From assembly GCA_025603075.1 (NCBI GenBank), contig MU626435.1, positions 1 through 39,204 on the forward strand: a DNA stretch of 39,204 bases, written 5' to 3'. The position numbers and the translations under genes are program-made. How positions within the stretch are numbered: position 1 is the stretch's first letter; each line of letters starts with the position of its first letter. Below, piece by piece: positions 20,206 through 31,374 of this stretch. The DNA comes from Neoconidiobolus thromboides FSU 785. Lineage: Eukaryota > Fungi > Entomophthoromycota. The notes under the pieces were generated by a model. It saw nothing but the letters and a program-made list of their open reading frames with translations, ran no database searches and was not told the DNA's origin.

Positions 20206-21334
20206 TTATAAAAAAAATAATATGAATGCCAATAAAGTAAGTATTGCAATAAGTATTGGAATAAGTATAGAACTCTTAACATCACCTACTTTTTCTCCAA
20301 TCTTTTTAACTTTTTTAAAAGCAGATTGTAATTTATCTTGAGTAGTATCCATACGTGTATCAATTTCTTCAATTATTCTATTTAAAAAAATATTTGTATT
20401 AATATTTCCCTCAATATATAAAATATAAAACATTATTTACTCATTATGTAAATCTAATTCTTGATTTACTGTATTTGCTATTTCTTTTAAATTTTTAACT
20501 GTGCCTAAAATAGAATCTAATTGTTGATCTTGCTGTTCTATTATCATCTAAATAAATAATAGAATTGTAATTTTATTTTAAATTATTTCAAATTAATTAC
20601 TTGATTCTGTGCACTTAATTGTTGTCCATTATTTGTTTCCGTATTATTATTATCCGTATAAATTGGTTCCATTTCAATTGAATAAGAAGAAGAATACTAC
20701 ATTATAAAAGATTATTATAATAATTAAATTAATAAATTAATATTTACTTCTTGCTTCTTTTTTATTCCTTTCAATACGCTTTCTGGATCAGATATAGCTT
20801 CCTCAATATCCTTAATTTTTTAAAAGAATTTAATTGTTAAAATCATTATTATTATTATTATTATTATTATTTGAACTAAAGCTTACTCTAACTTTTTTTT
20901 TAATATCTAAAACATATTGTTGTCTTTTTATTAATTCACTGTTTTGAATTTTAAATTGTTCTCGATTCTCCTTGGCCATAGGTATTTTAAAAAGTTAATG
21001 ATAATAAATTTAAAATCAATTTTAATTAAAATTAACATTTAAAAATAAAATAAAAAGGATATTTATCGCATCTTGTAAGTCAATTAAGTAATTGTTGATT
21101 TCATCTATGTTCAATTCAATTTCTTTAGTTGTATTTTTATATTCTTCATTGTCTAAATTCTTAATTCCTTTTAATATCCTTAACCAACTTTTAAATAATT
21201 GTTCAATTTGAGTTATATTTTCTTGTACTTCTCTATATTAATTAATTGATGATTAGCTTTTATAAAATAATAGTGAAAAAATACAATCAAGTTTACTTCT
21301 GTACTAAAAAAAAGGGATCTTCGTTAAAATTCAT
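20206..21334 (-). CDS. STX6: Syntaxin-6/Tlg1 family Qc-SNARE, 246 aa, 7 exons (21334-21297, 21232-21063, 20981-20887, 20810-20748, 20696-20601, 20547-20441, 20377-20206)
   Basis: N-terminal EDPFFLV, Habc helices, SNARE motif EQQDQQLDSILGTVKNLKEIA and C-terminal TM anchor; 741 nt when intron 2 is spliced AT-AC. Confidence 0.92.
20982..21062 (-). other. U12-type (minor spliceosome) AT-AC intron, 81 nt, phase 1
   Basis: 5-prime ATATCCTTTTT; branch-like TCATTAAC with the branch A 13 nt upstream of the 3-prime end; 3-prime AAATAC. The junction gives DLQDAI-T-MAKENREQFKI. Confidence 0.9.
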
Positions 21335-21569
21335 AGTTATATTAATATAGTTTTTATATAAAAGAATAAATATTGAATTTGAATTTGGAATTCTTCTAGA
21401 ATCAATTTTAAGCCACTCAAGCATACTATTTTACATCATTTAAAATTTAGTTCATTGATTGGCTAGAATCTTAAATTAAAATTAGCATTAAATTTTTTAT
21501 CTTTATTTTTACTCTTACTTTTATTTTTATTTTTATTATCAACTAATATAATATAATATAATAAATACA

Positions 21570-22180
21570 ATGGAATTACATCATATCGGAAAACATTGTT
21601 CATTAACTACATGTAAAAAGCTAGGTAAAAGATAATATGATATAATATTCAATTTGTATTTTAATATTTTTTTATTAGATTATTTACCTACTAATTGTAC
21701 TTATTGTCAAAAAGATTATTGGTAATTTAATAATAAAATAATAGAATAATAAAACAGAAGGCTTATTATATAAATCAATTTTATAGCGAAGATCATTCAA
21801 ATCCAGAAAAACATAATTGTGAATCCAATCATATTATAAAAGATGTTAAAGTACCAGTATGTCCTATTTGTAATCAACCAATACCAGTTAAAAAAGGAGA
21901 AATACCGGATACAAAAGTAATTCTTATTCTTATTCCTACATTATTCTTTATTAATTAACTCTTTTAAATCAGGTTAACGAACATATTAATTCAGGTTGCA
22001 AAATCAAAGAAAAAAAAATTGAAATATGCAATGCTAAATCTTGTAAAACAAAGATAACTCAAGTGTTTCATCAATGTAAATCATGTCAAAGAAAATACTG
22101 TTTAAATCATCGATTACCAGAAGAACATGAATGTCAATTAATTGATACTAAAAATAATTACAATTACAAAAGCAATAATT

Positions 22181-22221
<41 letters not shown>

Positions 22222-22263
22222 CTAAAATCAGAGAAAAAGAAAAACAAATGTATAATCTGTTAA
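21570..22263 (+). CDS. ZFAND2: AN1-type zinc finger protein (ZFAND2/AIRAP family), 172 aa, 4 exons (21570-21624, 21679-21721, 21787-21916, 21973-22263), C-terminal CaaX
   Basis: IGKHCSLTTCKKLDYLP, VPVCPICNQPIPVKKGEIPD and CLNHRLPEEHEC; ends KKKNKCIIC. Confidence 0.88.
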
Positions 22264-22358
22264 TTAATTTAAATAATTTAATATCCCCTTTTCTTTTCTT
22301 TTCTTTTCTTTTCTTTATTCCAAATAAATAAAATACAAAATTTATGAAAATAATTAAT

Positions 22359-23502
22359 CTAATTATTATTCATATAATTCTTTGGCATTGGACAATGATT
22401 AGCATAATGACCTAATTGATTGCACTAAATTATAAAAGTAATTATTAATATTAAATTGTTAAAAGATAGCTTTAAAAATAGAAACTTACCTTAAAGCATG
22501 TAACTTCTTCTAGTGGTCTTTTATTGTGGTTATTATTATTTTGATTATTATGTTGATTTCTTTGATAATTATTATTTCGATTTGAATTCATTTTATTTTG
22601 TTGATTCATATTATTTCTTTGATTTCCCATCGGTGTAAATTGGTTATTCTAAACATTAAAATTAATTTAAATTCCTTATAAATTTAAACTTTTATCAACT
22701 TACCTCATCCTTATTTTGATTATTAAAATTATTTTGCATATTATTTTGGTTATTAAAATTTGCTTGATTATTAAAATTATTTATCATATTTTCTTTGTCC
22801 TTCATTACAGGCAACTCAAACTTTGGACTAAAATAAAAATATTAATAAACTATACAAAAATATAAAGTTAAATCACTTACTGTCCATTACTACACTCTAA
22901 GCCAAGTGGACAAAATCCATTTAAATACAACGGACATGGTATTTTTCTTACATGTTTACTTTTACAATTCGGGCCTAAAAGTCAAATTAATTAAGATTAC
23001 TATTTCAAGACTAAATCCAATCTTGCTTACCATGCTTACAAAACCCTCTATTATACCAAGGGCATTCGGGAATCTTATTCAATGGATCAATATGTAAATA
23101 GATACATTCTTCCCCAGAAGCACACTCTCCATATTTAGAATAAAACCAACATTCTGGCATCTTTTTTAAATTATATTCATGTAAAAATTCACATTGATCT
23201 TCTTTCTTACATAATCCTCTTAACCAATGTTTACATACTACTGCTTTTTCCATACGTATATGTTTGTAAGGACAACTTAAGCCCCGATCACATTTGCCCT
23301 TTAAAAACTGTAGACATACTCCACCAGAAGCTAAATGAAAATCAATTTGTTGTCAACTAAAAGGGAGTTTATTGGACTTACTGTTCTTTTTATTCTCTCC
23401 ATAGATATCTAAGCCTAAACTATTGATAACATAATCTTCAAATTTAAACTTAATTTCAACATCATTTTGTAAATTAAATAATTTTGTGCTGGATTGGGTC
23501 AT
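22359..23502 (-). CDS. YTH1: CPSF30/Yth1 polyadenylation factor, 287 aa, 6 exons, five CCCH fingers plus a C-terminal CCHC knuckle
   Basis: VVCKHWLRGLCKK, KMPECWFYSKYGEC and VTCFKCNQLGHYANHCP; exons 23502-23382, 23330-23031, 22974-22881, 22827-22704, 22648-22490, 22424-22359. Confidence 0.96.
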
Positions 23503-24254
23503 AATTATAAATTCTTTGTTTTCTTAGTTTGATATGTATTAATAATTATAAAAATTGAAATTCTCTTTTCTATTTATATCTAAGTCTTCTCTTGTTTTCT
23601 TTTTGCTTACTAGTAACCTTATAAAATGGTAATAAAATATAAAAAGTTTAATGTTGAGTTTGGATTTATCAGTTTATTGAAAAATAGATAAATGACAATA
23701 CTTCAAACTTTTATAGCTGTTCCAACCAATCATTTTAGAATGTCTTAGTTAAGCATTTTTTATAGTTAAAATATTAATAATATTAATAGTATTAAACAAA
23801 AGATTGTATAGAATTATGCTATTTTAATATTAGACTAAAGTTTTGCTTCCACTTTCATTTAATACTGCCTCTATAAGACTATGAAATAGATTGTAATATT
23901 AATTTTGGTAATATTTTAATAATTTAAGTAGTTTCTAAAATGATCAAAGATAGATTTACTTACTAGAACAGATAATGAAATCTTTTAATGGGTTTTATTT
24001 TGTTAGGGATATTATAAATATAATTTAGATAAAAAGCAAAGTATACTATAATTGAAATTTCTTTGCGGATTCGGCACAACTATAATGAACTATTATATAA
24101 AGCTAAATATTTCATTAAAGTTGTATAACTCATAATAAAAAAAACGTATCATTTATTAAACTATGAAAAGAAACAAAACATAAAATATACTACCAAAAAA
24201 CTACCGAAAATAGATTTATTAACTCTAAAAAAATATGAAGGTATTAAACACCGT

Positions 24255-24660
24255 TTATTTTAAAGTTTCAAAAAGTTTTGGTGCAAGCTAAAGTAAAAAA
24301 ATATTAATAACCCTTTCTCATAATATTATATAATAATAATAAACTTACACATTCATCCACACAATGCATATAATGGAAAAATTCTTCAACACAATCTTCT
24401 TTAGCTCCATTAGCTACTCTTTCTTCACACTCTTGAAAGTGATGTTTAGCTGGTGTACATTTGGCTGAGTTACCGCATTCTTAATTTATATGTTAACGGT
24501 ATGTTCTTACTTAAATTTTTCAGAAATTAATGTTACCTTCAGCTAAAGCAGGTTTAGTATCTTCAGGTTCTTCTTCTTCTTCTTCTTCTTCAACAACTTC
24601 TTCTTCTACTTCTTCAGCATAAACTGTTGGGAAAAAACTATCATAGATTGTGGAAAGCAT
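24255..24660 (-). CDS. QCR6: Cytochrome b-c1 complex hinge subunit 6, 95 aa, 3 exons (24660-24537, 24479-24349, 24287-24255)
   Basis: Glu-rich N-terminus, then CxxxxxCxxxxxxFQECEERV...EDCVEEFFHYMHCVDECLAPKLFETLK. Confidence 0.96.
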
Positions 24661-24918
24661 CTTTATTTATTTAATTTAAAAGTTTAAATATAAAAAACTA
24701 TTAGTTTCGAAAATTTCAATCGTATTTTTTATCGATTAAATTTTATCTTTAATCAAATCTCAAGCTCATCTGTAAATTTGTTGATTTTCCAATCAAATCA
24801 CAGATTTTTTTTCACTAATAATCAGCCTTTTAATAAAAGAATCAAATTTATTATGGGAAATTTTAGTTAAAAAATAAAAAATAACAGTTTATTGAATTGA
24901 AGAAAGAGTAAAATAAAA

Positions 24919-25912
24919 TCAAAAATTAGTAATAAACAATCCCAAATCTTCATTTAAGGCATCACAGGCAAATGATGGATCCATAAAATCAAGCCCATTG
25001 GCTTCATCCTCTTTTTTATTATCCTCTCTCTCTTCATTTTCTTTATTTTCAAAGCTTAATGGGTTATTACTTAATATCAAATCTTCTTGTTCATTATTTA
25101 AGTCCAATACATTATTATATAAATTATCGAAAAAATCAAAAATGTTATTGTCATTATCGTTCTTGTTGTTCTGATTTGTGGTATCATTTTTTATTTTGCT
25201 GTTATGAATTTCTTCTTTTGTAATAGCATTGATTTCATTTAATATTAATTTGGGGCCATAATAACGAGTTGGGTTAGCAGAAAACGAAAAGTCATCTAAA
25301 GTAAAAATTCATGTCATAATTATCATAACCAGAAATCACGTTAAAAGAAAGTACCTTTTTCATTATTATTATTTGCTACTACGTCACTCTTTATTTCGTT
25401 ATCAAAAAACTTTTTCCTTCTTTTATACTATCATTAAAAAATACAATATTTAGTTCAAATTCTATTTTTGGTATATAAAAAATGCTTACTTTATTGATAT
25501 CACATTCCAAATTATTTAAACTACTTTTGAAATAATCCCTGGGAATATGGATAACTTTATCCCCAATCCTAGTTATTGACTCTTCTCCTTTTTTATTATT
25601 TTGTTCTTTGATACTAGTGAATGAGATACTTTTAGCTATTAACTTAGCTTTCTTTTTAATTACGTTGTTATTTAACTTTGGCTTGGCACTAGTTATAATG
25701 GCCGTTTCAGTAGGTTTACTATTTTCTTCAATTTCGTTCCATAAAGAATTTTGACTATCGTTATCTTCAAATAATTGAGATTTGGGTTTTTCAATATATG
25801 AAGGTTTTAAGACAGAGATATCAAATCTTGTAGTATAACTTAATAAATTGAAATTACCATTACTCGAGATTATTTGCTCATATTGTTTTATACGTTGAGG
25901 ATTGATATTCAT
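24919..25912 (-). CDS. Hypothetical protein, ~290 aa, 3 exons (25912-25490, 25427-25355, 25295-24919), unrecognised family
   Basis: Two GT-AG introns join three open segments in frame (873 nt); basic KYKRRKKF patch and acidic C-terminus. Confidence 0.7.
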
Positions 25913-26007
25913 TGAAATTATTTATACAAAAAATGGACTTTAAAAAAATCAAATTAACAGTGTTTTAATTTTGCTTTTCTGATTTTATTGATATTACAAA
26001 TATCATA

Positions 26008-26582
26008 ATGAGTGAAGGTTATATTGAATGTAAATAAATCTAGGATCTAATTAATTAGTTAAGTTATATTTTTAATTATTATTTTATAGCCCTAAGTAAA
26101 ATTGAGCAACTTAAAGAAATTATAGAAACAGATGAACAAGCAGTAAGTTTTAAATTTTATAATAAAAATAATCGACTTTAATATTTAATTCCATTTTAAA
26201 ATAGATTAAAGATTTAGAATCTCGAATTCAAAAGAATGAAGAAGCTATTGATTATTTAGAAGAAAACATAGGTAATTCAATGTTATAACAACAACTTTAT
26301 TTTATCTTGATTATTTGATATTCAACTATTCTATAGATATAAATAAACAATATTTAAACTTTGGTCCCATATTTTTAAAATTTAAAAATGATAAAGCTCA
26401 ATTATTATTAAATCAAGGTAATTACTATTTACAATATCAATATTCTATGTATTAATTGATTTATATTAAAAGAAAAAAGAGAAATGAATAAATTTTTAAA
26501 AGAATTACAATCAAATATGAAATCGAATGCAAGTAAATTAACTTCATTAAAAAATAATGTACCCAAAGTAATTTATAAATAA
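26008..26582 (+). CDS. PDRG1: PDRG1-like prefoldin-beta-type protein, 110 aa, 5 exons (26008-26029, 26090-26142, 26205-26271, 26337-26417, 26473-26582); absent from the ORF track
   Basis: Helix-hairpin-helix layout; IKDLESRIQKNEEAIDYL and LNFGPIFLK match recalled human IVDLDTKRNQNREGLRAL and VCFGNMFIK; 333 nt. Confidence 0.72.
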
Positions 26583-26654
26583 AACTATATTATCATATAT
26601 AATATAATGAACCATTTAGTCTATTTTAATTTATTATATTTTGTATATTTTATT

Positions 26655-27721
26655 TTAAAATTCTACTTTAAAAGAATATTTACTTTTAGGTTCTTGAAAC
26701 CTTTTAAAGATTAAATTCCAATCTTGAATTTGTAAGATATTTTTGATATATTGAGTTTTGTCTAAGCCATGATCTAAAAGGTAAGCATATCCCCATAAAT
26801 TAATACCTAATAAACATTTCATTTGTGGTTCTAAATTCATTATTGTTGGACTATTGTTGGTATTGTCTAAATTGATATTGGGTTGAAATTTATATAATGG
26901 GGATTCTGTAAATTGTTATTAGTTAACCTTGTAATTGTTTTATACTAATATAAAAACAAACTTACCTGAGTTACTTGTAGCTATAATTTGAGCACGATTA
27001 TTTTCATAAACTAACCATAAGAAACCACCACCAAATAAAGAATTTCCTTGAGTTTGAAACTATGAGATGAACATTATTATTCTTATTAAAACACAAACAT
27101 CAAAATATACTTACTAATTCAACCATCTTATCAAAAGAACCAAAGGAGTCCAAAATCAATTGATTAATAATACTATTCATTTCCACTTTTTCTTTACTCT
27201 ATTTTAATAAAATAACTTGATTAACAACTATGTTTAGAACACAGCGTAAATATTATAATTACCAAACTTTTAAGTGCAAAAGTAGAATTCCAGACTTGAG
27301 CAGCAGTATTGTAAACTACTCTTTCTTCCAATACTTGAGAAGTTTTCATTATTATTTTTTCTAAATTATCATTTTCATAATTTGAGCCTGATAAGTAATT
27401 AGGTCCAGTTAATACATGATATTCCTTAACTATATCGATGAAAATTTACCTATAATCATTTTATTCAATGATTCAGTCCAATGTTTTTGAAAGTCATTAT
27501 AAATTAATCGTAACGATTTACTACTTAATGCTGGTTCTAAACCTAAATCAGGGTCAAAGGGTAAATTGGGTAAATTATGAGTGGCTCGAATGGACTATAA
27601 ATTTTCGAACTGTTATTAATATATTAACTTCTTTAACTAGATTGAAACTTACAGTAAATTTTAGAGTATTCTTTTTGTTGATATTTATCAAATTGTTTAT
27701 TAAATATTTTCTCATCATCAT
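26655..27721 (-). CDS. Fe/Mn-SOD-fold protein lacking metal ligands, mitoribosomal mS42/mS43 (Rsm26/Mrp1)-like, 255 aa, 6 exons
   Basis: SOD-like blocks NTAAQVWNSTF, DSFGSFD, LFGGGFLWLV and INLWGYAYLLDHG, in which the canonical His/Asp ligands are replaced; Arg/Lys/Asn N-terminal presequence; 768 nt. Confidence 0.8.
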
Positions 27722-28691
27722 TGCGTTTTTATTTTTTCTATTTTAGTTAAAGGTTGATGTGTTCTATCCCAGCTGTATTATATCAACTATATCTGAAAAA
27801 ATAAAATTTGAATTTTTATTAAAAATTCAAAATCACAGCTCATTGGATTTTTGAAACTATCCCATAATTTATTACTGAATTATTATTATTGATAAATTTT
27901 AGTTTCGAATAGTAAAATAATGAATTTAACAAAGGTGTTTATCACATTTCAATATACATATTTGTATATTTTAGTACTTTTATTGTTATTATTGTGACTA
28001 ACGTTTAGTGTCTAGAATATTAATTTAAATAATGAAATATAAATAAGTATTGATCTATAAAGTTACAACTAATAAACAAAAATAAAAAAATAAAGGCAAA
28101 AATTAAATATTTAGATAACTAAAACTATAAAGCATCATAGAACTTTATTAATACAACAATATAATATTAACATTACAATATACAAATATAAGTTAAAATC
28201 AATTAATGTACGTTAATAAGAAAACCCTGGTCATATTTCGTAGTTTTTAAAATTCTAATTAGAAGATGTAATAATTTCTATTGAGTTTTGGCCATAAATA
28301 ATAGTTTTCGAATTACGGTAAATAGAATAAAATTGATCGGAGAAAGCTAAAATTATTAAGCGAATGCATCCAAGAGTATGAAATAATATTTTATTGGAGA
28401 AAAGTCTAGATATAAATTCCAGTTATTGGCTTAATTATCCTCTAGAAGCATTTGTTATGGGTTTACAGTTCCTTCTAAAAAGCAATCAAAATGTGGTAAA
28501 GGTGTTGTTTCCAAGGTTTCATTTGCTAATTAAATTAACAGCTACTTTTTTACATCTAGTGGGACCAATTAGAGTGGCTTTATAGACTAAAAATTATAAT
28601 TAATTCTTTAAATCATTAAAAAAGAAAAGTATAAATTGAACTGTAAAAGTATTACTTTCCCATTTTTTTAATATAAAAAATTCAATTAAAC

Positions 28692-29245
28692 ATGGTAAAT
28701 ATTTTTAAAATTCATTATATGATACTTTTTATAAATGACAAATCATTAACTTTATCTAATCAATAGAGTGAACACTTTTCTGAAACCCAAATTCAAGAAC
28801 TTAAAGAAGCTTTTAAAGTCTTTGATTCTGATAATGATGGTAAAATCAATGGTAGTGATGTGAGCAAGATTATTTCCACATTAAGTTTTGATGTCAACAA
28901 TGTCACCCTTAATGGATCTATTGATTTTAAAGAATTTTTAAATGTTATGTCCAAACGTACTAATAAATCATTAAATGATTTGGAAGTTGATTATAAAGTA
29001 GCTTTTGCTTCTTTTGATAAAGATAATAAAGGTTCTATTTCAAAAGATGATATTGCTAGAGTTTTAGCTTCTATTAATGAGAATATCTCTCAATCCGATA
29101 TTGAAGAAATTATTAAATATGCTGATGTCTCTGGTGACGGTCAAATTAGCTATGAAGAATTTGTTAAACTTATGGTAAGTTCATTTTTTGTTTCAACTGT
29201 ATTGTATATTTATTTTTTCTTTAGGTTGAAGGTGTTAACCATTAG
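28692..29245 (+). CDS. Divergent calmodulin-like EF-hand protein, 143 aa, 3 exons (28692-28694, 28767-29174, 29225-29245)
   Basis: QIQELKEAFKVFDSDNDGKI, AFASFDKDNKGSI and ADVSGDGQISYEEFVKLM; first intron directly after the ATG; EF-hand 2 shortened. Confidence 0.88.
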
Positions 29246-30438
29246 ACTACCTTCCCCCTTTTATAATAAACTTTATGAAATTTATTAAAGTATTACCTAA
29301 TATCTATTAATTTATTATTTTATCAATATATGATTACTTTAAGCAATATTTAATTTGCAATTTCTTGTTTTTAAAATATATCATTATCATACTGGCAGAC
29401 TTGTTTGTGCTATTACCATTAACCTAATACAACTTTAATCTCTATCCTGTCTATATGTCCCTGTTGATTATCCTATCTTTAAATAAGTTTTAGAAATAAA
29501 ATATAGGTCTCTCTACCTCAAAGTTTCAAGAAAATAACATTATTTACTTACTTACTATATCAGTTTAATAAGAATATTTTTATTTTTAGATTGTTATAGT
29601 ACAATTTATTATATATTAGTGACTACCGTTGAAATAGAAAAACAAATTCAAGTTTATTAGAGGTGAATCAATTAATTTTTAGATAGTTTCCTAAATTAAT
29701 TTTAAACAGTAACTTAATTAATTTCGATTATTTGTGTTCAATAAATTCAGTATTTTCTAGAAATATGATATTTCAAATATAAAATCATATTCTTATATGA
29801 AGCAATATAATGTCATATTTTGTTAGTCAAAATAATAATACCGTAAGTCAAAAGTTTTATTTTTAATCTACATTTAATCACTTAAAAATAAAGATTACAT
29901 TTATCATTTTTAAATAATGGATTAACCGAAAAGAACAATCGAATGATAGATAAAAAATTAGAATACTAATTAGATTCCAAATTATTTTATAATTCAGCAT
30001 AAAAAATTCAAGTTACGTTACGTAGCATATATATCCTCAATTGATAAATATAACTATTTTAAAGAAACTATCTTAAATTTCCTATATTGATAACAAATAG
30101 CCGATTTTAAATCAATATTTTATTATAAGTAGTAAAAATATAATAAAGATATCATTAAATAGAGATATAAAAGGACAAATAATAATATTTTTGACCCAAA
30201 TTTTATAACTTAGCCAATCAGTGATAGCCTTAAGATGCTGGGGAATAAAGCCACTTATAAAGTAGTAAAACAGAGTACTCCTGACTAAGATTTTCGAATA
30301 TTCAGAAAGTTCTATCCAATTCGGCTTGTAACTACATTTATAAATAAAACTTATTGGCTGACCTAATTTCTCCAATAAAGACTATAAAATAAAAATAAAA
30401 AATTTAAAGTACAACTAATTTCTTAATTATAAATAAAA

Positions 30439-30979
30439 ATGTCAGATCATCTCGCTACTCGTCGTAAAGTCCTTATCGCTTATGATAACTCCGAAATTTG
30501 TAAGAATGTCTTTAACTGGTAAGTTTATAATGTTGCGTTAATTTAACTTTAACTCATCTATTCATAATAGGGCTAAACAACAAATCTTCCGTCCTAACCA
30601 AGATCATGTTACCATTATAACTGTAACTGAAAATGGAGAAAGTTTCTTTGAAGCCAATTATGTTCAAACTATGTTAAGTGGTAAAATGGGTTTTGAACAA
30701 CGTAAAAATTTCCAAAAAGAAGTCAGTGAAAAAGCTGAAGAAACTGTAGCTAAACTTAGTAGTGAATTAAGTGAAATGGGTATTACTTCTAACCCATACG
30801 TTATAAAAGCTGAAGATGCTAAAGATGCTATTGTTGAAGCTACTAAAACTCTTAAAGCTGATCTCTTGATTATCGGTTCCCGTGGTCTTCACCCATTCAA
30901 ACGTGTTATTTTAGGTTCCGTTTCAGAGTACTGTATCAATAACTGTGAATGCCCAGTTTTAGTACATAAAGGTCATTAA
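30439..30979 (+). CDS. Universal stress protein (UspA family), 162 aa, 2 exons (30439-30518, 30571-30979)
   Basis: RKVLIAYDNS N-terminal strand and DLLIIGSRGLHPFKRVILGSVSEYCINNCECPVLV. Confidence 0.95.
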
Positions 30980-31374
30980 ATTTTATTCTCTTACTATATT
31001 GCCATATAATAAAACATTAGTCTCTCTTTATTTAAAATGCTCTTTTTGTTATCAGTCGTTTAGTTTTAAGCATTGTCTATTCTCAATAAAGTCGATAGTT
31101 TATTCTGATGTTAAAGTCAAAGACTAAATTAGTCTTGAGATAAGAAATATTATAAAAACAAATATTACAAATTTGGGTAAACAGTACAAATAGTATATAA
31201 ACAATAATAAACAAAATAAAATAAAATTATAATATCATTTAATCTAAGTTAAAGTTAATTAAGTTCTAGTTTGATTTACATAATTAGATTAAGTTTTAAA
31301 GATGAAATTTAGATAAAATTTGTAAACTACTAACAATTTCCAATGACTACTTAAACTATCCATATAGAAAAATA

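Noticed and set aside
19266-22220. (AAT)n and (TAT)n runs in introns and in poly-Asn coding tracts; (ATTTT)n near 8856-8887
   Set aside because: Ordinary microsatellites in an AT-rich genome. No CRISPR-like repeat-spacer array or telomeric array was seen anywhere in the window.
28394-28585. 63-aa TTG-start ORF, and the 87-aa TTG-start ORF at 30112-30375
   Set aside because: Non-ATG starts, no motifs and no splice partners found. At most unassignable relics.
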